A stretch of 32,000 nucleotides of DNA from contig JASBSB010000006.1 of the NCBI GenBank assembly GCA_030149205.1, positions 390,001 to 422,000 on the forward strand, read 5' to 3'. This DNA is from Candidatus Heimdallarchaeota archaeon. Lineage in GTDB: Archaea > Asgardarchaeota > Heimdallarchaeia > Heimdallarchaeales > Kariarchaeaceae. The notes beneath the pieces are model-generated. The model did not search any database, was not told the origin of the DNA, and saw only the letters and a list, made by a program, of their open reading frames with translations. Positions 24,778-32,000 of this stretch are shown here, one piece after another (position 1 is the stretch's first letter; each line of letters begins with the position of its first letter). Position numbers and translations under genes: made by a program.

Positions 24778-25338
24778 TCACTTATTTTTGAGAAGTTCAC
24801 TTCCCGTAAGACCAGGTTTTGAGGGTTGATCAGATTCCACAACTGCCTGAAGCCTTTCTCGAATGTTCCAAGTCTTTATGAATAACTTGGTACTGTTTTC
24901 AATAGACTTCGAATATCCTCTCCCAGCTAAAATTTGTTCCCGAATTTTGGTTGATGAGAATTTTTCCCTTTCAAATACCTCAGTTCCACTTGTGGGAAGA
25001 TCTGCCTCTTCAAACAAACGTTTGGTGAAAGGATTGTTACTATACATAACATCAAACGCCGGGAGGAGTCTCCTCAAATGATGTACCCAAAGTGCATTGT
25101 CCAAAATATCTTGAACCGGGATAATATGTAAGCGTTCCAAATCAACCCCTTGGTTGATTAATGCAGATCTAACCATTTCATATCTTTCTCCTGCAGTTAG
25201 GGGATTTTGTAAGGTATGGCTTATCTGAGCTGCAGCAATGGCGATTATAAGCTCCTCCGTTTCTTTAAGAATTGATTTGATGACCTTAATGTGTCCTAGG
25301 TGAATGGGTTGAAACCTAGCAATAAATAGTCCTCTCAC
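24778..25338 (-). CDS. nadM: Nicotinamide-nucleotide adenylyltransferase (archaeal NMNAT)
   Basis: ARFQPIHLGH (HxGH), SHTLQNPLTAGER and SSTKIRE. Confidence 0.92.
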   Translation of the reverse strand: MRGLFIARFQPIHLGHIKVIKSILKETEELIIAIAAAQISHTLQNPLTAGERYEMVRSALINQGVDLERLHIIPVQDILDNALWVHHLRRLLPAFDVMYSNNPFTKRLFEEADLPTSGTEVFEREKFSSTKIREQILAGRGYSKSIENSTKLFIKTWNIRERLQAVVESDQPSKPGLTGSELLKNK

Positions 25339-25472
25339 ACGTTAAATCAGAGAAAATTAATTTATTAGTTTTCTATAACATAAGAAGAAAAAGAATCAAA
25401 AATTATTGAAGACACGCGTTTGTTTAAATCTATAATAAGAATATAATTAAGGCTAAAATTAATGGAGATGTG

Positions 25473-25883
25473 ATGGGAACTTCAAGAATTAGAGTGGTGG
25501 TCGGTAAACCAGGACTGGATGGTCATGATAGAGGGGCAAAGGTGGTTGCCCGTGCTTTACGAGACGCAGGGATGGAGGTAATTTACACTGGTCTTCACCA
25601 AACACCTGAACAGATAGTACAAACTGCGATTCAAGAGGATGTCGATGCAATTGGATTGTCAATATTATCTGGTGCCCATAACGCATTATTTAAGCGAGTG
25701 ATGGAACTCCTGAAACAGGAAGATGCAGAGGATATTTTTGTATTTGGTGGGGGGGTGATTCCAAATCAAGACATCCCTTACCTCAAATCAATAGGGGTTG
25801 CTGAAATTTTTGGTCCAGGAACACCATTAGATAAAATTATTGAATTTATCAAGAAAGAAGTTGCAAAAAAGAGGAACACTTAG
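25473..25883 (+). CDS. Methylmalonyl-CoA mutase, cobalamin-binding small subunit
   Basis: [13 protein letters not shown] (DxHxxG), LSILSGAH and GGGVIP; GGAG RBS upstream. Confidence 0.93.
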   Translation: MGTSRIRVVVGKPGLDGHDRGAKVVARALRDAGMEVIYTGLHQTPEQIVQTAIQEDVDAIGLSILSGAHNALFKRVMELLKQEDAEDIFVFGGGVIPNQDIPYLKSIGVAEIFGPGTPLDKIIEFIKKEVAKKRNT

Positions 25884-25884
25884 G

Positions 25885-27456
25885 ATGAACAATAGCAAAC
25901 GATACACATTATCGGGTATAGAAGTACCAGAGTTTCTAGAAAATTATGATGCCTCAAGATCCAATCCTGGGGAGTATCCTTATACTCGGGGGATTTACCC
26001 ATCCATGTACCGTGGGAGACTCTGGACGATGCGTCAGTATTCTGGCTTTTCAACTGCAAAGGAGACTAATGAGAGATTCAAACTCTTGCTAAAAAGGGGT
26101 CAAACAGGGCTTTCCGTTGCTTTTGATCTGCCGACACAAATGGGTTTAGACTCAGATAATCCACTTTCATTGGGAGAGGTTGGCAAGGTTGGGGTAGCTA
26201 TAGACACAATTGACGATATGAAAGAGCTCTTTGATGGGATTGATCTATCGAAAATTTCTACTTCAATGACAATCAATGCCCCTGCCATGATATTGTTGGC
26301 AATGTATGTAGTTGTGGCTGAGGAGTCAGGAATTGATCCCAAGTTAATCTCAGGAACAATTCAAAATGATATTCTGAAGGAATATATTGCCAGAGGAACC
26401 TATATTTTTAAACCAGAACCATCCATGAGACTTATAGCAAATATTTTTGAGTATTGTACAAAAGAATACCCAAAATTTAACACCATAAGCGTTAGTGGAT
26501 ATCATATTCGTGAAGCAGGTGCGACTGCTGTTCAGGAGCTAGCATTTACCTTGGCTAACGCAAAAACCTACGTGAGGTATGCACTAGAGGCAGGTTTGGA
26601 GGTTGATGAATTTGCTCCAAGAATTAGTTTCTTCTTTAATGCGCATAATGATTTCATCGAAGAGATAGCAAAATTTAGAGCTGCACGCCAGATGTGGGCT
26701 AAAATCATGAAAGATGAGTTCAATGCCAAGAAAAAGAAATCACAGATGTTAAGATTTCACACCCAAACTGGAGGAAGCACATTAACTGCTCAACAACCAG
26801 AAAACAATATTGTGAGGGTTACATTACAGGCTTTAGCTGCAGTTTTAGGGGGAACACAATCATTACACACAAACAGTATGGATGAGGCCTTGGCCTTACC
26901 AACCGATAAAGCAGCTACAATTGCACTCCGAACACAACAGATCATCGCTAAAGAGAGTGGAGTAACTAATGCTGTTGATCCACTTGCTGGGTCCTATTTT
27001 CTAGAGTGGCTGACCGATAAACTGGAGAAGGAGGCAGGAGACCTCATAGATAAAATTGAGAAAATTGGTGTATTGAATGCCATTTCAGAGGGTGTTATCC
27101 AACGAGAGATCCAAGAATCTGCATACCAATATCAACTTGAAATAGACAGGAAATCCAAGGTTGTTGTTGGGGTAAATGAGTATGTACAAGAGAATGAAAT
27201 TGTTGATGTAGATATCCTTAGGGTTGACGAAAAGGTAGAAAGCGAACAGAAAGCGAAAATTAAGAGAATCAAAAAATCAAGAGATCAAGAGCTCGTTAAT
27301 AAATCATTGATTGCGCTCTCTGAGGCAGCTAATAATCCAGAGGTTAATCTCTTCCCCTTTGTTTTAGAATCAGTTCGTCGAAGATGTACAATAGGTGAAA
27401 TTTGTGAAATTCTCTTAAGAGTATTTGGAAAATACGAACCAACAATTACAATCTGA
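25885..27456 (+). CDS. Methylmalonyl-CoA mutase, large (substrate-binding TIM-barrel) subunit
   Basis: YPYTRGIYPSMYRGRLWTMRQYSGF, QNDILKEYIARG, SVSGYHIREAG and QSLHTNSMDEAL. Tyr in RQY favours methylmalonyl-CoA. Start ATG 25885. Confidence 0.93.
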   Translation: MNNSKRYTLSGIEVPEFLENYDASRSNPGEYPYTRGIYPSMYRGRLWTMRQYSGFSTAKETNERFKLLLKRGQTGLSVAFDLPTQMGLDSDNPLSLGEVGKVGVAIDTIDDMKELFDGIDLSKISTSMTINAPAMILLAMYVVVAEESGIDPKLISGTIQNDILKEYIARGTYIFKPEPSMRLIANIFEYCTKEYPKFNTISVSGYHIREAGATAVQELAFTLANAKTYVRYALEAGLEVDEFAPRISFFFNAHNDFIEEIAKFRAARQMWAKIMKDEFNAKKKKSQMLRFHTQTGGSTLTAQQPENNIVRVTLQALAAVLGGTQSLHTNSMDEALALPTDKAATIALRTQQIIAKESGVTNAVDPLAGSYFLEWLTDKLEKEAGDLIDKIEKIGVLNAISEGVIQREIQESAYQYQLEIDRKSKVVVGVNEYVQENEIVDVDILRVDEKVESEQKAKIKRIKKSRDQELVNKSLIALSEAANNPEVNLFPFVLESVRRRCTIGEICEILLRVFGKYEPTITI

Positions 27457-27481
27457 TTGAAAATTAAAATATTCTAATACT

Positions 27482-28498
27482 TTAAGATTTTGATTTTCTG
27501 CTTTTTAAAACCTCTTCTACATGAAAACATGCAACAAATCTATCTTCACTAAATTTCTCAAGAGTTGGTCTGGTTTTGCAAATTTCTGTTGCGAATTCAC
27601 ACCTAGGATGAAATCTACATCCAGGTGGAGGATTTATTAATTGAGGTACACTTCCAGGGATAGTTTTCAATTGTTTTTCCTTTCGATCAAATGCGGGTAT
27701 AGATTCTAAAAGTGCAATGGTGTAAGGGTGATGAGGATCCTTGAATATTTCTCTTGTAGGGCCAGATTCTACAACTCTTCCTCCATAAAAGATATGGATC
27801 CGGTCAGTGTTCTCACTTACGACCCCCAAATTATGAGTAATCAACATCAGAGATAATCCTAATTTTTCTCTCATATCTTTTATAATTTTTAAGACCTGAG
27901 CTTGGATAGTAACATCTAGAGCTGTTGTTGGTTCATCTGCAATCAGAAGATCTGGTTGTAATGCAAGGGCCCTTGCAATTAAGATTCTTTGTCTCATACC
28001 TCCTGAATACTGATGGGGATAATCGTCAATTCGTTGCTCTGGTTCAGGGATACCAACCTGCCTCATCATATTAATGGCCAATTCAGCTGCTTCACTCTCA
28101 TTGACCTTTCGATGAAGCTTAATGACATCAACCATTTGTTCTCGGATTGATAGAACCGGATTTAAAGCCGAAAGAGGGTCTTGGAATAATAATGCTATCT
28201 CTTTACCTCTCACAACTCTCATAAGGTGTTCTGGAAGTTTTAGTAAATCAACTCCCTTATAGAAAATCTGTCCAGCTACGGTTTCACCATTTTTCGGTAA
28301 AATGCGAAGAATAGATCTTGATGTGACGGTTTTTCCACACCCAGATTCTCCAACTATACCAACAGACTCATTTTCACGAATATCAAAGGATACACCATCT
28401 AATGCCTTCACAACACCACTCTCAGTCTTAAAATAGGTGTAAATATTTTCCACAAGGAGAATGTTCTTATTATGTTTTGATTTCAACTCTTCTGTCAT
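27482..28498 (-). CDS. oppD: Oligopeptide/dipeptide ABC transporter ATP-binding subunit (OppD/DppD)
   Basis: [36 protein letters not shown] and [11 protein letters not shown]. Confidence 0.92.
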   Translation of the reverse strand: MTEELKSKHNKNILLVENIYTYFKTESGVVKALDGVSFDIRENESVGIVGESGCGKTVTSRSILRILPKNGETVAGQIFYKGVDLLKLPEHLMRVVRGKEIALLFQDPLSALNPVLSIREQMVDVIKLHRKVNESEAAELAINMMRQVGIPEPEQRIDDYPHQYSGGMRQRILIARALALQPDLLIADEPTTALDVTIQAQVLKIIKDMREKLGLSLMLITHNLGVVSENTDRIHIFYGGRVVESGPTREIFKDPHHPYTIALLESIPAFDRKEKQLKTIPGSVPQLINPPPGCRFHPRCEFATEICKTRPTLEKFSEDRFVACFHVEEVLKSRKSKS

Positions 28499-28499
28499 T

Positions 28500-29447
28500 T
28501 TAAACCTCCTTCTTTGGTACTGATTTATTATCAGTTATGTTCTTTGTCAACCAATCAATATTTTTATATTCTTCGGGAAGCTCTGTGGTTATATCCTTCA
28601 TTGATACACTCCTATGCTTCCAAGTCTGTAACAACACTTTTGAAGATTTATAACCGTTTTCTATTAACCCCATAACTATTATAGGAATAAATTGGTAGAA
28701 GAACAGTATTGTCATTAACATTAACGGAAAATATTGACCACTATAAACGACAAAAGTTTGATTCCTTCGCTCAGACAAAATACTTGGAATGAAATTCTGC
28801 CAGACATATTTGAAATTTGGGTCTGTCATCTTTGCAAATTCTACACCAACAAAATATGCAATTATTAAATTTATGATACTACGGGACACCAGCGATGTTT
28901 CTCTGCTAAGCCAATTTTTGTAATAAATTGTGATTATTGAAGAGGCAATGATTGGAAGCCATACAATCCCAATATAAAATAAATTTAATTTTGGAAAGAG
29001 AAAACTAATTTCAAACCCATAAACATCTTGATTAAAGAATGCAAATGAATTTGCCCCCTCTTGAGGTGAAAAGCCAGTACTGTTGAAAGCCCTTCCTGCA
29101 TTTGGAATCATAAAGAATGCCATGCCAAAGAATATAGCAAGATAAGGTGCAAATAAAGTCGTTAGAAACGGGTTCGTTAGAAGAGGAGACTGATAAGTGG
29201 AGCTGTTATTAAGTCCAAAATGTAGAAATAAGTTAGTATAATAATAAGGCCCACCAAAAATACCATCTTGATTTAATCCAACTCTTGCAATATTAAAGAA
29301 GACCATACTTAGAAGACCAAAAATGTATAATGAAACAAACCATACAGTTGTTGGACTGGTAGCCATTGATTTTAATATCCTTAAAAGTATTTTTAGGACT
29401 TTCTGACCCAAAGATTTCTCTAGAATGGTGGAATTAATAGAGGTCAT
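28500..29447 (-). CDS. Multi-pass membrane protein of unknown function inside the opp operon
   Basis: About 6 hydrophobic segments; 1-nt gap to oppD and 4-nt overlap with oppF. Confidence 0.75.
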   Translation of the reverse strand: MTSINSTILEKSLGQKVLKILLRILKSMATSPTTVWFVSLYIFGLLSMVFFNIARVGLNQDGIFGGPYYYTNLFLHFGLNNSSTYQSPLLTNPFLTTLFAPYLAIFFGMAFFMIPNAGRAFNSTGFSPQEGANSFAFFNQDVYGFEISFLFPKLNLFYIGIVWLPIIASSIITIYYKNWLSRETSLVSRSIINLIIAYFVGVEFAKMTDPNFKYVWQNFIPSILSERRNQTFVVYSGQYFPLMLMTILFFYQFIPIIVMGLIENGYKSSKVLLQTWKHRSVSMKDITTELPEEYKNIDWLTKNITDNKSVPKKEV

Positions 29448-30550
29448 TTTTGCTCCTCCTTTACATCAAAAAAAATCACAGGTTCCATCTCGGGGAAAAA
29501 GCAAGCAGCCCACTGATTTTCGCTCATCTCAGTTAATATTGGTTCTTCTTCCTTACATCTCTCCTGAGCTTTATAACAACGTGTAACAAATCTACAACCC
29601 TTTGGAAGGTTGATTGGTGACGGAACATCACCTTCAAGTATTATTTCCTTCTTCTTGATATCAGGATCAGGGAATGGTATTGCAGATAATAGGGATACTG
29701 TGTAAGGATGGGCCGGCTTATCAAATACCTTGTCAGTTGGACCAATTTCGACAATTTTACCCAAATACATAACTGCAACCCTATCTGAAATATGTTTTAC
29801 CACAGATAGGTCATGTGCAATGAAAATGAGGGAAATATTAAATTCGTCCCTCAGATCAAGCATTAAATTTAGGATAGAAGCTTGAACTGAAACATCTAAT
29901 GCAGACACTGGTTCATCGGCTATAATAACTTCGGACTTTAGAATTAAAGCCCTGGCTAATCCGATTCTTTGTCTCTGTCCTCCAGAAAACTCATGTGGGT
30001 ATCTGAATGCATGATAATCTTCTAATCCAACTTTTTTCAAGATAGAATATACTTCTTCATCACGGTTCCCCTTTGCCAGTCCATGAATCTGTAATGGTTC
30101 TTTCAAAGTATCAATAACTAACCTTCGAGGGTTTAAGGAATTATAAGGATCTTGAAAAACCATTTGAACATTTCTTTGAAACGTTTTTATGCTTTTTCTA
30201 TCCTTAGTTTTGTTAAAATTAATGTCTCTATACCAAACTTCACCTGTTGTTGGTTTTTCTAAACCCACAATAGTTTTTGAAAGTGTAGATTTACCACAGC
30301 CAGATTCTCCAACTAACCCTAAAATTTCACCTTTTAATAGTTGTAGATCAACTCCATCAACTGCTTTGATTTGACCAACAACTTTTGAAAGGAAAATTGA
30401 CTGACTTTTGATTGGAAAATATTTCCTCAAATTACGTAATTCTAAAACCACATCCTTATCTTTTCCCGTGGGAGTCCCCGGGAAAAAATCAAGATCTTGA
30501 TCGTGATTGATTTGAGGCATATTTTCTTGGCTAGAATCCATTAATGGCAA
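29444..30550 (-). CDS. oppF: Oligopeptide/dipeptide ABC transporter ATP-binding subunit (OppF/DppF)
   Basis: [42 protein letters not shown] and [10 protein letters not shown]. Confidence 0.92.
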   Translation of the reverse strand: MPLMDSSQENMPQINHDQDLDFFPGTPTGKDKDVVLELRNLRKYFPIKSQSIFLSKVVGQIKAVDGVDLQLLKGEILGLVGESGCGKSTLSKTIVGLEKPTTGEVWYRDINFNKTKDRKSIKTFQRNVQMVFQDPYNSLNPRRLVIDTLKEPLQIHGLAKGNRDEEVYSILKKVGLEDYHAFRYPHEFSGGQRQRIGLARALILKSEVIIADEPVSALDVSVQASILNLMLDLRDEFNISLIFIAHDLSVVKHISDRVAVMYLGKIVEIGPTDKVFDKPAHPYTVSLLSAIPFPDPDIKKKEIILEGDVPSPINLPKGCRFVTRCYKAQERCKEEEPILTEMSENQWAACFFPEMEPVIFFDVKEEQK

Positions 30551-30597
30551 TCTGAATATAATCTTATTAAACGTTTGTTCAAACCAAAAAATATTCC

Positions 30598-30978
30598 TTA
30601 ATTTAGAAGTTGATTTATGATTTTGAGAAAAGGCTCAAATAAAAATATTAGTGTTAAACCAGAAATTACAGTTCTGGCAATTCCTTTATAAAAATCTAGG
30701 GGATCATCAAATTCTTTAATTGTGATAATTTTTCCTATGGTCTGTTTGTAACTGGGTGAGTCGACAAACCATAATGATAGACCACCACGTAATATTTGCA
30801 TCCCTGCAAACAAACCATAGATAACCGGTATATACAGAAAGAACAAAAATGAAAATATATTTGAACTCAACCAAGCCAATAATATAAATACAAGCCAAAT
30901 AAAAATCCCGTAGATTAGCCCAATGAAAATATTTTGTAGAAAAAATTTACGATAGGTTGTCAGCTCGATTTTATTCAA
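30598..30978 (-). CDS. Small membrane protein, RDD-like
   Basis: Hydrophobic helices plus QTIGK...DFYKGIART, resembling the RDD-family GQTxGK...ALxR segment; TTG start. Confidence 0.5.
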   Translation of the reverse strand: MNKIELTTYRKFFLQNIFIGLIYGIFIWLVFILLAWLSSNIFSFLFFLYIPVIYGLFAGMQILRGGLSLWFVDSPSYKQTIGKIITIKEFDDPLDFYKGIARTVISGLTLIFLFEPFLKIINQLLN

Positions 30979-30984
30979 TCTTTT

Positions 30985-31914
30985 TCACTGTTTTAATTTG
31001 GGATCTAACGCATCTCTTAAGGCATCACCAAACAGGTTTGCTGCTAAAACGACAAAAAATATAGCAAAGCCAGGAGCGAGAGCTTGTTCGGGATTAACAT
31101 ACAAGGTTCCTTGAGATTGAGAAACCATAATTCCCCAACTTACAGTGTTGGCAGGGTCACCTAAACCAAGAAAAGCTAATCCAGCTTCAGAAAGTATAGC
31201 ACCTGCCACGAATAATGCACCTAATACAATGATTGGGGCTAGAATATTAGGAAATATGTGAACAAATAGGATTCTAAGGTCATTTGCACCCATAACTCTA
31301 GCAGCAGAAACGTATTCTAAGGATGAAACTTGTTTAACGTTTGCTGTCACTAATCTAGCCAAACCTGCCCACCCAAACAAACCAATAACATATGTGATGA
31401 CCATTACAACAGGTATATTTGCTAAAAATTGAGCTTTCCCTGACGTGATTAAATTAACTAATAGTAGTGCAATTAACAGGAATGGTACAGCAAGAAAGAG
31501 ATCCACAATTCTCATTAGAATTTCTTCTATGCTTCCTTGATAGTAACCAGCGACCATACCTACTAGTACCCCGATAACCAATGAAATAAGGGTTGCAACT
31601 ATACCAACAGTCATAGAGGTTTCTGAACCTACCAACAACCTGGAATACCCATCTCTTCCTTTTATGTCTGTTCCAGCTGGATATTTTAAGTTTGGAGAAG
31701 CATTGGCTCCACCACCATATTTACTGTTTCTTGCTGGTGCAATAGAAGTTGGATTAAAACTGATTAAAATTGGATAAAATACTGAGATTAAAATAGTTAA
31801 AATTAGAAAATATAGTGCTATCATTGCGACTTTATTTCTCTTAAGTCTTTTTCCAACGACTATCCACTGATTTTCCGATTTGAATTTTTTAATATTAGAA
31901 TTTACTTCTGTCAT
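30985..31914 (-). CDS. oppC: Oligopeptide/dipeptide ABC transporter permease (OppC/DppC)
   Basis: AGTDIKGRD, MRIVDLFLAVP, EYVSAARVMGA, HIFPNILAPII, EAGLAFLGLG and FGDALRDALDP. Confidence 0.93.
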   Translation of the reverse strand: MTEVNSNIKKFKSENQWIVVGKRLKRNKVAMIALYFLILTILISVFYPILISFNPTSIAPARNSKYGGGANASPNLKYPAGTDIKGRDGYSRLLVGSETSMTVGIVATLISLVIGVLVGMVAGYYQGSIEEILMRIVDLFLAVPFLLIALLLVNLITSGKAQFLANIPVVMVITYVIGLFGWAGLARLVTANVKQVSSLEYVSAARVMGANDLRILFVHIFPNILAPIIVLGALFVAGAILSEAGLAFLGLGDPANTVSWGIMVSQSQGTLYVNPEQALAPGFAIFFVVLAANLFGDALRDALDPKLKQ

Positions 31915-31925
31915 AAACTAACCTC

Positions 31926-32000
31926 TTAAAGTGAAATCCTCGGGTCTAAATATGTATAGACAATATCTGTCAACATATTTGCAATTAATATCATAATTGT
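31926..32000 (-). CDS. oppB: 3' end of an OppB/DppB permease (partial)
   Basis: Manual translation TIMILIANMLTDIVYTYLDPRISL* matches the N..D..Y..LDPRI C-terminal motif. Confidence 0.85.
   Translation of the reverse strand, partial: TIMILIANMLTDIVYTYLDPRISL

Noticed and set aside
25885-27456. Isobutyryl-CoA or 2-hydroxyisobutyryl-CoA mutase specificity
   Set aside because: The specificity residue is Tyr (RQYSGF) and the ARG arginine is present, as in methylmalonyl-CoA mutase; ICM has Phe and HCM has Ile there.
18605-30898. Remaining short overlapping ORFs (18605, 22061, 22918, 23914, 24012, 24182, 24863, 25489, 26100, 30189, 30716)
   Set aside because: They overlap conserved housekeeping genes in other frames or strands; no independent evidence.
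1-32000. CRISPR array or IS element
   Set aside because: No regularly spaced direct repeats, transposase ORFs or terminal inverted repeats with target duplications were seen by eye.

Overview
AT-rich archaeal chromosomal window, most consistent with an Asgard (Heimdallarchaeia-like) genome. This is inferred from the archaeal rpl3-rpl4-rpl23-rpl2, rpl18a(LX)-pfdA, ftsY, dtdA, nadM and LonB genes, GGTGA/GGAGG ribosome-binding sites, a histone and an LRR protein. The right two thirds are mostly housekeeping or metabolic: translation, SRP receptor, tungstate uptake, NMNAT, split methylmalonyl-CoA mutase and an opp/dpp ABC operon. The left ~12 kb is accessory. It holds a bacterial-type LLM oxidoreductase (missed by the ORF track), a frameshifted membrane/zinc-ribbon gene and a coupled four-gene operon. 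That operon encodes surface proteins, a Site-1-protease-like subtilase lacking its catalytic motifs, and a LonB with intact ATPase motifs but a broken Ser-Lys dyad. Right after the operon is a ~230-bp chimeric junction made of diverged copies of two different genes of this window, joined at a 12-bp shared core. PadR-HAAS and arsM/TrmB modules follow. Other highlights are a P2A-like P-type ATPase whose M4 motif is PINIP instead of PEGLP (Ile at the ion-binding Glu, as in P4 lipid flippases), a tailed face-to-face-type histone, and an rpl3 that seems to start at ATT. No rRNA, tRNA, CRISPR array, integrase or transposase was recognised. All alignments were done by eye from remembered family motifs; no database searches were run.
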